A stretch of DNA of 64,000 bases from Camelus dromedarius (GCF_036321535.1 NC_087436.1:75890001-75954000); one strand, 5' to 3'; counted from the stretch's first letter, positions 14,587 through 28,430 are shown. Numbers and translations are program-made. The notes: generated from the sequence alone by a model not told the origin.

Positions 14587-15079
14587 ACCTCTTTGGCACT
14601 GTGGTTTATGGAGTATCAGTTGTTTATTTTGGTCCTTAAGGATTTTATCTATTTGATGCCTATTTAGGAATAGAACTTTGGAAAAAAAGAAAAAAAAAAT
14701 GAGAGAGAGAAAGAATTTTAAAAGAAGGGAGAAAGAGGGTTTGAAAACAGTGTATAATGAATAACAGAAGAGTGAGTTGAAGCAGAGTATTAATCTGGTT
14801 GAGATGTCCTTTTGAAACCTTTACAAATAAAGGGGGGGGGGAGATGAATAGATGTATTTGAAACCTGTGTCTAATCAATAGCAGGACATCAAAACCCAAG
14901 AGAAATAGAAATAGAAATGAATTAAGAAGTAAAGATTAAGAGAGTAATAGAAAATAGAACAGGTAAAAACAGATTTAAAAAAAAAGGGGGGGGTTGTCGG
15001 TGTTCTCCTGGAGTCTGTGTGCTTTTAATGTGAAGTCTTTCTGTCTTCGTTCTGTTTTGGAAGCTCAGCTTGCTGTTTT

Positions 15080-16262
15080 CAGAGGCCCTCCGTTGGCGCC
15101 CTCTTCTGTGCTGCTCCCAGCACCTGTCGGCAAGCAGATCGCGCCTCCTCCTAACACTGGGTCAGGTGCAGCTCTCTGCTGTGGGCGGGTGGGTCGCTGC
15201 CCCTCCGGATGCCGCAGTCAGATGTTGCAGACTGGCCGGGTAGGAGGGCGGGTCGTGCCCCCTCCGAGCACCTCGGTCAGGGGCTGTGTTCCTGCCTGAA
15301 AGGCTGGGGGACCGCTCTCGCTCTACCTGCGCCGCCGCCGCCGGTAGCTCCGCTGCTCTGTGTGGCTGCGCGCCCCGCCCTGGTCGGCTCCCCGCAGGTG
15401 GGCTCGGGGAAGACCGAGGGACAGCCCTGTCCCTGCTCCGAGCCAAAACCCAGCTCCTTGTTTGTCTTTGTGGAGCAAGTTCTCTGAGGGACGAGGATGG
15501 AAGGATCCTGTGTGCCCCGGGCTGCAGGCCAGTCTCAGTCTGGCCTTTGAGGCTGCTAAGCCCTTCGGTGCGGATGAAGGTTTCGCCCCCGCCCCCGCCT
15601 GAGTGCTCAGCGCGGAGGTTATGGCGGCTGCGCCTTAGCCCTGCCTCTCTTCCCCCGAAAAGTTTCCGCGGGTTTTCAGAGATGCGGGTGTGCACCCTTC
15701 CCCCGAGAGCACATCAACTTTGCTGTTTTATGGAGGGCCCAGGTTGTTCTGCCCTGTGCGCCCACAGCCACGGCGCGCAGCCCCTTGCGTTCCCCTGGGG
15801 CTGCCTCCCTGCAGCCACTTCCGTCCTCCGCCCGGCTTGTGCAGCCTGGCCCTGCCCGCGCCTGCCGGCCCGCGTCTCAGGCTGGGTGTCGGGGGGACGC
15901 TGTGTGCCCGTTTAACTTAGTTCTGTTAGTCAAGGGCTGCTCTGTACAGATCCGAGCCTCGGAGGCTCCCCGTCTGTCCCGCTGGCCTCTCAGTTGGAGA
16001 GGGGAGACCCAGCGAGCGAGCGCCAGTCCTCCTTTGCCGCTCCCTCCCCGCGGGACCCGTCCCGTGCTGCTTTGCCTTTTGTTCTTTCTTTTTTCCTTTT
16101 CTCCTACCAGATTTTTGGCGTCTTTATCTTTTGAAGAGGGCGATGTTCTGTCGGAGTTCCACAGGTGCTCTGGTTGGCTGAGTGGGTCTGTAGATGTGGG
16201 TCTTGGTGTATTTGTGGGAGAGGGTGACCTGCGAGCGTCCTTCGACTCCGCCATCTTCTCCG
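15080..16262 (-). promoter_or_regulatory. CpG-island-like L1 5'UTR internal promoter with YY1-type site
   Basis: Only GC/CpG-rich block in an AT-rich window; AAGATGGCGG on - strand (ccgccatctt 16248-16257) about 10 nt from the L1 5' end, as in mammalian L1 promoters. Confidence 0.8.
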
Positions 16263-16303
16263 TCTCTCTGTGTCTCTTTTTTTCTGTCATGAATAGGCTT
16301 CAG

Positions 16304-16680
16304 TAATGGTTCTCAAAGTGTGGTTTGTGGGCTCCAGGGGGAGGGGTCCTCAAGACCCTTTGAAGGGATCAAAAATTATTTTCCTAATACTGCAAAGACT
16401 TTTACACTGTACTGGCATTTGCACTGATGATTCAAAAGCAATGGTGGTAGTGGATCAAGCAGATAGTATTACTGTAACACAAATCTAGACTGTTGGCACC
16501 AAAATATGTTAGTAGTCATTGTATTTTTCACTGTCACATGCACTCAGTATGTTTTTAAAAGCCAGTTTAAGGCAGGTTTTTTTTTAAGGTCAGTTTTAGA
16601 GCCAGCTTCTCAAGAATGTCCTTGATACAGCGTAGAAAGTCTTTTCTCAATCTTGGCTCTTGAGTACATGTCTTTTTACC
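16304..16680. mobile_element. Charlie1-like hAT transposon end
   Basis: ggttctcaaagtgtgg terminus followed by catttgcactgatg...aaaagcaatggtgg. Confidence 0.7.
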
Positions 16681-16689
16681 CCTTCCTGA

Positions 16690-17170
16690 TTGTAGTAAAG
16701 CATACATAACAAAATTTACCATTTTAAACATTCTGAAGTTTACAGTTCAGTGGCAGTAAGTACATTCATATTGTTTTGCAACCATCACCACTATCCATCT
16801 CCAGGACTTTTTCCATCTTCCCAAATGGAACCTGTGTATTCATTAAACACTAACTCCTTGTTCCCAATTTCTCCCAGACCCTGGTAACCACTATCCTATT
16901 TTCTGTCCCTCAGAATTTGACTATTTTAAGTACCTCATGTAATTGAAATGATAGTATTCATCCTTTTGTGATTGGCTTATTTCATTTTGCATAATGTCTT
17001 TAAAGTTCATCCACTTACATGTTGAAATAATCACATTTTGGGTATTTTTGTTTAAATAAAATATATTTAAATTTACTGATTTTTACCTTTTGGATGTAGC
17101 TATTAGAACATTTAAAATTACATAGGAGGCTGTCATTATGTTGGACATATGTTGGACCGTACTGGTCTGT
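16690..17170 (-). mobile_element. Old L1 3' end (~16690-17015) abutting a MER3/MER33-like fragment
   Basis: L1 3'UTR motif gcaaccatcaccactatccatctccag; then acttacatgttgaaataat...aaaattacata. Confidence 0.6.
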
Positions 17171-20100
17171 AGTGTACAATTAATTGTGTGGACCCTACAC
17201 TTTGCCATTGGGGTCGTTCATAGACATCCGTGTTCGTTTTTCTTATGAGAGGGCTTATGGCTCTCATCATATTCTCAGATGGACACATGACCAGAGAAAA
17301 GTTAGGCTCTGTTTTAGAATTTGTAGGCAACTTGCCTGAGTTACTGCTTGTAGTTACGTGGGCACTGCTAGTGGCTTGAATCTGGGGGAACCCCTTTCTT
17401 ACACTTTGGTAGGCTGGGTGAAACCTGTGATGCTTGGGCTATGGTAAGATGTATTCTTGGCTTCTCAAGTTGGAACCCTGAAAGAATGTCCCACAGTAAT
17501 GTCTTTTTAGAGAGACATTAGGTGGTGTAGTTCTATTAGTACTAGACTACAGGCTGATGTGAGATGAGACCTTAATTATTACATGGAGGATTAATTCTGT
17601 GGGGAAATGTTCTGAAAGCCAAAGAGTCGTTTTAGAAGCTGTCAGAACCCGATCCATTGCTAAATTGGGATTTCATACATTTCATGTTGGGAATCTGATC
17701 AAATGAGTGAATTTTTTAACTTGATCATTCACAGAGGTTGAAAATAAAATTTTCAATGTGTTGAAGTGGTACCTTCCAAAGATGAAGTTATGGCATGCTT
17801 GCTTACTATTTATCTCTAATCATAAGTGGAATTATATAAACAAGCTGCTGAATTAGAAGATATGTGAATTAAGCAGTTGCATGTTTAGTTTGAGTTAGGT
17901 CTGTGATGCTGTTTATGTAATAGATTCTTGGCTTATGTTGTTAGTTCTCATCAAGAAAGGCTTCCTAAAACGATGAAATTTTAGGGCCTGCTTAAGTGAA
18001 AAGGGAATGAATGCTGGCTTGAGGGTATTCCAAACATAATTTTTTCATTACAGCCTTTGTACTTTAGTTATATTGCCCATGGAGTTCAATGCAGTATGTT
18101 GTACTAACTTATTTTTGTCTTTCTCCCCTCCATAGACTTGTAAAATCATACATACGGTGTCCTACTTAAAATGTTTTCCAGAGGCTAGCAGAGCCACATA
18201 TTAAAATTTGTTGGAAAAAAAAAGAACATAGGAGGAGCCCCCATCTTATGACTAGTTAATTGCAGTTTGGGCGAGAGGCAGGAGTGTTATAATTGGGTGA
18301 AGAGAGCATTGAAAAGCAGGCCAAGGAAACAGATGATGTGTTGTAGAATGGCAGTTATGTGACATTAAGGAAAACTGGGAAAAGTTGAAGGTGTAAGGTT
18401 TTTTTGTTTTTTTGTTTTTTTTACTTAACAGTTGTAAGGCCAGGGAGCCCCAAGGAAAGCTTAGCATAATGCTGAATTTGGGAAGAAAAGACAAATTGAA
18501 CAGCATCGTGTAAGAATTGGCTAATTTGATGCACCTGATCTTCTGGTGAGATGAAAGTTGTGAAATGAGACTTACTACCCAGTCTTCAGACCTGTGAATG
18601 GAGGAGTTTTGAGATGTAAGAAAGAGAGAAAAAGTAGTAGTAGTAGAAAACTAAGTTTATCTGTGGTCTTTTTCAGTTTTGCAAAATAATAATTAAAAAA
18701 AAAAAGCAAAACCAGAAAAACAAAACAACCCACATTCATTCTAAAAATCTGCTTTTCTGACTTTTTAGTAAAGAAAATGAGGGTAAGGGAAGGGGAGCTG
18801 TTGTGACTAGAAATTAAGGAAAAGGAGGTCAAATATAGTGACTGCATTACAGTCCTCTGGGAGTCGTGACGAGGGGTCCTAGGGACTGGTGGTAGAGCAG
18901 GGAAGTTCAGGAGGGATGTGCATTTCCGTTTACTTGAGTAGCTGGTTTGTGTTAGATATATTAATTTTTAAACTGTGGTTCGAGGAGTCTTATTCTCTAA
19001 CATGCTGTTTCTCAAACTCTGATAAGTAAATGAGTCATTTGGGGGTTTATTTCACTGCAGGTTCTGCAGCATCAGCAAGCTCTCAAGTGATGCCAGTGCT
19101 GCTGTTTCCACAGGTTGCATTCTCCTTTAGCCAGTGTCCTAGGAGGCAGAGAAATAAAACTCTCCCAGTGATCAAAACAGTTCATGATGAATATCCTCTT
19201 TGTTAATTGCCTTCAGATCAGTCATTAGCAGGACTAATGCAAGGGTTCTTAAACTTTACCTGATTATTGAACAGATTCCTGGACTTCAGTCCCCAAGATT
19301 TAATACTAGGTTTAGAGAACAGCCCAGAAAACTTCAGGTTTAATGAACACTTTGCATGATTCTGCAATGTTGGGATTTTGGCATTACGTGAAAACTGTAT
19401 ATTAACTTGGGATTAAACGTATTGACAGTATTGAGTATTCCTTTCCAGGAACATAGCATGTCTTTCTATTTTATTAAAATCTGTTCTGTTTCTTAGTGAA
19501 GGTTTTCATTTGTGTCTTACAACTTTTTAAGATTAGTCCCGTATGCTTACATTATATTGTAAATGGATTGACCTTTTCAGCAATGCAAAATTTTTTGATT
19601 ATCATGGTTTTGGGAGGAGATAATTGCCTTTAATTTGGATATTGCCTTATCATTTGGCCTGAGGAATCAAAGATAAAAAGACATGGACTCTAGGAGGGTC
19701 TTGCAATCTGGTATGTTTTTAAAGCACTAGTTACCCCAAATGCAGGTAAGTCGAATCAGTAGAAAAAAACATATTGAAGCCATAAATGTGAGAATTACCA
19801 GAAATCTTGTAAGATTTTTGTTGAAAGAAACAAAGGAAAAGGGGGCACAGTACCTGCTGAGTGCTTGTGAGAAACCTGACTGAACTGTTTCCAAGGCTTT
19901 CTCATCTTTATTACTAGTCCTTTAAGGTCAAAGGGGACAGTGCATTAATAATTTGTAGGCTATGGGAATAATTTTAGAGCTATTGTTAATATATAGAGAG
20001 CCTCACCAAAGGAGGAAATACTAGCTTTATTTCTTTCCTTAGCTTTCTTTCTATTGCATTTCTGTAAATTACTTTACTCTGAAAAGAGTTTATTTTTAGA

Positions 20101-23009
20101 AAAGCTGTGATCGTGTACTTTCAAAGGTGTCACTTTCTAACATTAGTTTCTGAGCAGATCGCTTCAGGTGGGCAATATTTTTAGGGACATTCCAGTGGGT
20201 ACCTGGAATTCTCTTACTCAAGAGTTTCAATATAGTCATTGTTAACCAAAAATGCACATAATTACTATTATGCTCTTTCAAATAAAATATATTCTAATAT
20301 AAACCTACATGTCTTAAGGATCCACAGGCTGAATGAGAGAATTAAAGTCTGGATATCAGTACTTTTAAGATAAAACTTGTTTTGATTTTTTTAATGGTAC
20401 TTGTTCTGTCCGAAATTTTAAGTGTCTTTACAGACAATTCTAATACAGATAAAAACATCAATGATAAATATTATCAAATTATTATATATTGATATATTTT
20501 GATAGAGTCTTCTAATTGTCTAGAGAACTTTCTCCTGCATTGTCAAATCTAATGTGTTGACCAATTCTTAAGTTGACAGGGCAACAGCATTATGTCCATT
20601 TTTACAGAGAAGAAATCTGAGGTCATCAAAGATCAAGTACCCTTAGAAGACAGTTTGTAGATAATTTAAGGAAGAGGATATATGTATAAGACCAGAATTT
20701 GGAGAAAGATATATATTGCATATTCCAATAAAAGTAGTAAAAAATAACTTTTTTTGGATTGCGTATTTGAGAATCTAATGAAAGTTATATAGATTCTTTT
20801 CTCAGGAAAATTTACATATATATGAATTCTGAAGATTTCAGACAGTACATAGACATTATGTAAATTACCTGTATAGTATGTTCCTTGATTCCCTGTGATG
20901 TTTACAATTTAAAAATGGCATTCAACCTTTTGTTATTTTAATAGCTTAAATAATTGTGGCCATAGGTGTTTGTAAATGCATGAAAATAATGGGAAGTAAA
21001 AGTGTATAGAGAATTTATGTTTCTAACCTATAAATAAACACTTGACTTTTTGGAGGAGATTCTGGTGCTAATTCAAATATTTGTGTGTATTTAAAGAGTT
21101 TTGTGTACAATTTTTTGATTGGCTCTTCAATTAAAAGTACATAAGATTTTTATAAGGGTGTGTCTAGTCTTATCTCTGAGTATCAGAAAAGTTTGACCGA
21201 GTTCTTCCTTACTGATGTGCTGTATGCCAAAGATGGATTATAGGTGTGCCAAGATGATTTCTTCTCAGCCCTCAGAGTGGCCCTGTTCTGGTTGGAGGTC
21301 CCTGCTGGTCAACTCAGGCTGGAAGCAGACTCTTGTCATTTACATGTCATTTCCCCAGGGTCAAGTGATTGGAAAGCACTGAGTTGGATGATAGTACTGG
21401 ATGGTTTTCTATTAGCAGGATAAATACAGATTTAGTCAATGGAATATTAAGCTCAGGGATTGGTAGAGGCTGGTGAGAAGCATATGCTCTACTCTGCCTG
21501 ACAGGCCTAATTAATCAGGAAATAGATTTGAGCTGTCTTTAAAAAGGAAGAATTACACAAGCTTTTCTTTCAATTTGAGTCTTGTTTGTGTTTGGTGACA
21601 TCAAGATAAACTGATTTGAAACATTGTAGAGAGTGCTTTTCTTAGGCTTACACAGAATATTTAAATATGTATTTGTTTTCTGAGCCAAGGTTTTACTATC
21701 AGTCCTTGAAGTAACAGATACTGTCTCTGCTGAAACTTTGGCTCTGTGCTGGAATTTTTCTCAGTAGTCCCCTCCTCCCCTTCCTAAGTAATTACAGAAG
21801 GCACTGTGTTAACTTGGCACACTTGAGATTCTTACACAAAGTGCATGCATAAGCGTCAACATGTTAGGGCCAGTGTAGGGATAAAGGATAGTGCCAGGAG
21901 GAGTTTACACATCCTGTACAGTACACTCTAGGTCTTCTGTGACTTAAAAAAAAGTTTATCTTACTTTGGATTGAATGATGTGGAATTGCCATGCTTCCTA
22001 ACTTCCTCATGTGTAGTCAGTAATACATTTTTAAGTGGTTTTTATTTGCTAACCATGGGCTGTTATGTATGATTTTCATTCTAATTCAGTGAACCAAATC
22101 CTGGAATGTAGTTATGTGTGCCAGTTTAGTATCAAGTTAGCTTGGTTTCTAGGTGCTCACAAAAATAGGCTTTGCCTTTTCCTCTGATCATTTCATGTTA
22201 CTATTTTAAATTGGAACGGTTTGAACTATAGTTGTTTTCAAAACTTTGAAGTAGAGCTATTTTTATTTAATGAAAATATAATTTGATAAAGTAAATATTT
22301 AAAATAAAAAATGGCAAATGACTAATTTGTTAATGGACTTTAGATTGAATTGCCTTGCTTATATAGAAGAAATATCTAATATATGCTAAAATTATAAACA
22401 AGTTTTTGGAGGATGAATATATTTAACTTTGTAAACCTTTCACTGTATTTCAGAAGTTTTTAAAACAGAATTATCTTTTAGCATTTCTTTTTTCTAATAG
22501 CAGTTGTCCCAAATATTTTAAGATGATATTAGAACTTTCTGGAATGCTCAGTGAGCTCATTTTCCTTTGCGGGTGATGGTGTTTTACCTGTCCTTTATTC
22601 CTCCTCAGTCTCCCTATGTGATAGATCTATTCACAAACAAAAATTCCCCAAATCTCTATCTTTTTAGTCCACACCTCCTTGCCTTTGTTGTAGGCATGAT
22701 ACCAGACTGTTAAAATATAAAAACCTGAGCTTTTCACCAAATCAACAACTTCTTTGTCTTTGTCGGAAGGGAAGCCCACACATAGTCACCCAAGTGAGAA
22801 ACTAGAGATTAATTTGACATCTCCTTTCTATGAATACCTTCTTATTTTTCGCCTGGACTAGTGAAGCAGCTGTGTGGGTGTGTGTGCATGTGTGTGGGTG
22901 TGTCTGTTAACGTCTCCCTAACCTCTTGTTAACAGTCTTCACGTATCCTTCTGAGACCTTTTCTTCACACTGAAATACTGTTCTAATTTGTCTCCTGCTT
23001 CTGCCCTTG

Positions 23010-25700
23010 ACTCCTCTTCAGTCTCTTTAAGCAATGCTTGTTAGATTATCTTTTTAAAATCCTTCTTTTTGCTTTTTTGGGACTGATTAAGGTTCTCTTT
23101 ATTTCATTTTCCCCCCTCTATTAAATCAGAAGTTATATACTTTTTTCTCCTGTTCTTTTAGTGATTGTTTAACACAAGATGGAAGTTAATATCTAAATGC
23201 CAAATCTTATGAGAACTGTAGAATGCTCAAACTCCTTTGTAGCATCACCACTCTCTCCTGCTTTATGATCTTATTGTCTAGGATTTTGCCTCTGTTGTCA
23301 CTTTTCTTTAATCTACAAATTTGACATTATACTTATTGTTTTATAAGTCAGTGTTTAATAGTTATCCTCTTTGTTTATCATTCTTTCTTGTACGGCAGAC
23401 TTTCCCTCTAGGCTCAGCTGCTTTCTCTCTGACACATTCTTCCTTTAAAGTTAATAAAGGTCATTTTGTTAGCCTGAAAAGTTTTTATTTCATCTTCATT
23501 CTAAAAAGAGTTTTGCTTGATACAGAATTCTAGGCAGACAGTTATTTTCTTTTAGCATTTTGGAGGTTTCATTCTGTGCCTTCCTTACCTCCTTTCACTG
23601 TTGAGAGGCTGGTCACTCTGCCTTTGTGGATAATGTGTGTTTTCTCAGTGGTGGCTTTGTTTGCTCTTTGATGGTGTGCTCTTTCCCTATGATGGTGTAA
23701 GTATGGTTTTCTGAATCTGCTATCTGCTGATTGGTGGTGTTCATTAGTTCTGGAGAAATTCTCAACCATAGCCTTTCTAACGATGCCTCTTCCCAGTTCT
23801 CTTAGGTGACAGAGGTTTATTGAATCTTTTCACCAAGTCCTCCAGGTCTTTTCTCCAAGTCTTTTCTCCACGTCTTTTCCTCCAAGTCTCATAACTTCTC
23901 TTTCCCATGTTCCATCTTTGACCCTTTGTGCTGCATTTTGGTATATGTCAGTACTCTACTGAATTCAGATATATCTTTCAGTTTTCCTCCGTCAGGTATG
24001 CTTCATCTGCGGTTTACCCTTTTCAGTTCTTGTATTTTTCACATTAGGAATTCAATTTGTGTTGTAAAATTGCCTGGCCAGTTTTTTTGGCCTTGTCAAT
24101 TTTGATAACATCTTAATCCTGTTTTATATTTTCAGTTTCCTATTTTGTTTCTTTAAATATGAAGAACATAGTTATTTTATATTCTATGGTAATTCTAGTA
24201 TTTTTTAGTCTTGCAAGTCTCATTGGGTAGTTTGATTGTTCTTTGACTTTTGTTCATGGTGCCTAGTTTCTTGAATACTCAGTGATTTCCTTCTTTTTAA
24301 AATATTTGTTATTGTGTGCTCACATTTCATACATTCTCACTGCTTGGGGTTTTTTGAGGTCTGAGTGCCTTCCTCTAGAGAAAATTTGAGTTTATCTGTA
24401 CCAGACCCCTGGGTACGCACCAGGGCTGCTTTAAATTATTGGCTTAGATTTTTTTTTTTTTTTTTTGGTCAATACAGGTAGCTGAGTTCCAAATCTCTGA
24501 CAATTTGGATCTTGCTTAGAAAGACTCAGGAGACTCTCTCACTTCATTCAGAGCCAAGACTGAGGCCGAGGCATGTACCTCTTTAGCATCATCTGCAGGG
24601 TGGATTGGTATCTATTTCACACTGAGGGTGAAGTACTTTGCGGATCTGGGCTTTATGTGGTGGTCCCATTGTGCCCTTCCACCCTGCTCCAGTGTTGGCC
24701 TTTGGCTCCAGTGCAGCTTATGGATTTAACCTTTCTACTTGTTCTTGTTTCAAGCAGTTCTCTTGATCTGCCTCCATGGTTATTATATCCAGCATTTTAA
24801 GGACTACTGTACTAGGAAAGGTGGTCTACCATGAATCTGTAGTTGCTAGAAAAAGAAATTGTAATTTACATTTTAATGTGGTCAACTTTATTAGTATTCA
24901 TCATTTTGAGTTTGTTAATGTCTAATGTAAAAAAGTCTTCCCTACCTCAAATTCATACATACATTTTACTGTATTTTAAAACTTTTAATGTTTAATTTTT
25001 TATATTAATATGTTTAAATTATTAAATTTATATTTGATGTATTATGGGGTAATGATCTAATTGATAAATTTACCCTTTTCCCAGTGATATGAATGCAATA
25101 TCTCTGATGTCATTTATATTTTTTCTTTTTACAGTTTTCATATGTAAGTAGCTGTTTCTGAGTTTTCTGTGTTATTCTGTGATTCTCTGTTTACTGTGCC
25201 TTTACCACATAATCTTATCAGAGTTTATAATCTTGATAATTGGTAAAGTGACTAACCCCCATCCCTGTATTTTATTCCTTTTAAAAATTGTTGGCTATTC
25301 TTAATTCTTTGCACTTATATGTGAGTCTTAGAATCAGCATATCTAGTTCCATGAAAAACTAAGATTTTTATTTGAATGACATTGGATTTATCAAATAACC
25401 TGTGAGAAATTGGAAGCTATGTAACATAGAGCCTTCTTTTCCATAAACGTATAGATATATAAAACTCCACTTATGTCAGTTTTCTTTGTCTTTCATTAAT
25501 GATTTATAATTTACCTCATACAGCTTTTATACATCCTCTATTTGATTGATTCCTTGGTGCTTTTATTATCTTGTTGCTGTCATAAATGCTGTCTTTATTT
25601 GTTTCCATTTTTATCTTGGCTGCTCTTGTATAGAAATGCAATTACTACAGAATTACTTTCTAGTGCAAATCTGATGAATATACACCTTTGCTTTAAATTC
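23010..25700 (-). mobile_element. Highly diverged L1 fragments (ORF1-like ~23400-24200; ORF2-like ~24860-25700)
   Basis: T-rich antisense L1 motifs (gatacagaattctagg, tagttctggagaaattctcaacc, gaatcagcatatctagttcc). Confidence 0.55.
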
Positions 25701-25964
25701 TTCTATGGTTTCCTTTTCTCCTGCAGGACAAAGTTCAAACATCTTAGCAATGATCTTTCGTGATTAGAATTGTATCTGACTCTTTCCCATGCCTTATCTC
25801 CCATAAATTCATGTTTTGGGGCCTGTATGTCAGCTATGAGGAGCTAGTTGTAATTCCTTGGACATACTCTGATTTTTAAAATAAGAGCTTTATTGAGATA
25901 TAATTTACATATCAGAGAACTCGGTTTAAAGTGTACTATTTAATGATTTTTGTATTTTAGTATA

Positions 25965-26443
25965 CAGATTTTCCTTGATTTATGATAAGGCTGTGTCCCA
26001 GTGAACCATTGTAAATGGAAAATATCATAAGTTGAAAACATTTAATTCACCTAACCTACTAAACATCATAGCTTAGCCTACTTTACCTTAAACATGCTCA
26101 GAACACTTACATTAGCCTACATTTGGGCAGAGTCATTTAATACAAAGCCTGTTTTATAATAAACTATTGAACGTCTTATGTAATTTAATTTATTGAATAC
26201 TGTATAGAAGGTGAAAAACAGAATGGTTGGAAGAATGGGTTGTTCCCCTTGTGGTCATGGGGTGACTGGGAGCTGCAGCTCAATGCCCAGCATCACAAAA
26301 GAACATCTTACTGCATATCCTAGGCTGGGAAAAGATCAAAATTAAAATTTGAAGTACAGTTTCTGCTGAATGCATATTGCTTTTGCACCATCATAGTGTC
26401 AAAAATTTGTTAAGTTGAACCACAGTAAGTTGGGGACCATCTG
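25965..26443 (+). mobile_element. Tigger5/MER47-like MITE nested in the L1 3'UTR
   Basis: cagattttccttgatttatg...gtaagttggggaccatctg inverted termini with TA target duplication. Confidence 0.75.
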
Positions 26444-28360
26444 TATTTAGTGCGTTTGAACCACCACCGCTATCTAATTCTAGAACGTTTTCATTACTCC
26501 AAAAAGAAGCCCTGTATTCATTAGCAGTCACTTCCCATTTTTCCTTCCCTACCCCAAACCTTTGTGGTCAGCAGTCTGTTTTCTTTGTTTGTTTGCCTAT
26601 TCTGGGCATTTCATATAAATGGAATCATATGTGGCCTTTGTGTCTGACTTCTTTCACTTAACATGTTTTCAGGTTTCATCCGTGTTTTTCATATATCTAT
26701 ATGTCATTCATTTTTATGGCTGAATAATATTACATTATTTGGGTAATAACCACATTTTGTTTGTCCATTAATCAGTTTGGGTTGTTTCCACATTTTGGCT
26801 GTAATGAATAATGCTATAATGAACATTTATGTATAAGTTTTTGTGTGAATGCATAGGAAAACAAAAGTTCTTCTGGTTATATTTTTAGGAATAGAGTTAC
26901 TGGGTCATATGGTAACTCTATGTTTAACTTTTTGAGGAACTGCCAAGATTTTTCCATAGTGGCTGCACTATTTTATATTCTCTTGAAATTTATGACGGTT
27001 TCCAGTTGTTTTACATTCTCACCAACACGTTGTCTGTCTTTTGGATTGTAGCGATCCTAGTGGCTGTGAAGAGGTATCTCGTTATGATTTTGATTTGTGT
27101 TTCCCTGATGACCGGTAATGCTGAGCATCTTTTCATGTGCTTATTGCGTCATTTGTATGTCTTCTTTGGAGAAAGTTGTATTAAAATCTCTGGCCCCCCA
27201 AAATTGGGTTATTTATCTTTTATTGTTCAATGGTAAGAATTCTTTATAGATTCTGCATACTAGATTTTTATCAGATAAAGGATTTGTAAATGTCTTCTGT
27301 TCTTTGGATTATGTTTTCAGTTTTTCAAAAAGGGTGTCAAATTGAATATTTTATTAACAGAGTAGTTGTCTCTGTCTTTTTCTTAATAGTGTTCTTTGAA
27401 GCACAAAAGTGTAAAATTTTGATGAATTCCAATTTATTTTTTCTTTGGTTACTTGTGCTTCTGGTGTCATGTTTTAAAATATATTGCCTAATCCAAGGCC
27501 ATGAAGATTTACACCTGTTTTCTTCTAAGAGTTTTATAGTTTTAGTTCTTATGTTTAGGTCTTTCATCCATTTTGAGTTAATTTTTGTGTATGGTTTGAA
27601 GTAGAGGTCCACTCTCATTCATTTACCTGTGACTGTCCAGTTGCCCTAGCACCATTTGTTGAAAAGACTTCCTTTCTCATTGAATTGCATTGTCACTCTT
27701 GTTGGATATCAATTAACCATAAATGTATGGGCTTATTTTTGTGACCCAAATGTCTGTCCTTACGCCAGTACCACACTGTCTTGGTTGCTGTAGCTTTGTA
27801 AGTAGTTTTGAAATTTGAAAGTGTGTGTCTTCCAACTTTCTTCAAGATTGTTTTGGTATTTTTGAGTCCCTTAAGTTTCTATATAAATTTTAGAATCAGC
27901 TTGTCTAGTTCCTGAAAAAAAAAGGATTTGATAGGGACATTGGGAGTTTATTTTTTTTTTTTAATGGGGAATTGGGGAGTACTTGGGGAATATTACCATC
28001 TTAATAATTTATTCTTCCAATTTGTGAATGAGGGATGGCTTTCCATTTATTTAGACCTTTAATTTCTTTCAGTGATGTTTTGTAGTTTTTAGTATACAAG
28101 TCTTTTATCTCTTTTGTTAACTTTTTAAAAAAAGATTGATGCTATTGTCAATGGAATTGTTTTCTTAATTTCTTTCTCAGATTGTTCATTGCTAGTGTAT
28201 ATATAATTTATTTTTGCTGTAATAATCTTGTATCCTGTAACCTACTGAACTTGTTTATTATCTCTGATAGCTTTTCTGTGTGGATTTTCAGTCTTCTCTG
28301 TGTACAAGATTATGTCATCTACAAATAGTTAATTTTATTTCTTTTCAGTTTGAATGGTCT

Positions 28361-28361
28361 T

Positions 28362-28430
<69 letters not shown>

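Larger units (their letters stand above)
9165..16268 (-). mobile_element. Young full-length LINE-1 (~7.1 kb), antisense to BMP2K
   Basis: GC-rich 5'UTR, ORF1, ~400-bp inter-ORF spacer, ORF2, 3'UTR with AATAAA and A-rich tail; identical flanking 17-mer tgtgtctctttttttct at 9148-9164 and 16269-16285 (TSD). Confidence 0.96.

Noticed and set aside
14994..16306. Many overlapping 76-209 aa ORFs on both strands as novel genes or an ORF0
   Set aside because: Expected from stop-codon scarcity in a GC-rich 5'UTR; several lack ATG starts; no recognisable domain
23826..23890. Short tandem gtcttttctcca(a/c) units resembling a repeat array
   Set aside because: About four degenerate 13-14-nt units with no spacers; simple slippage inside an old L1, not CRISPR-like
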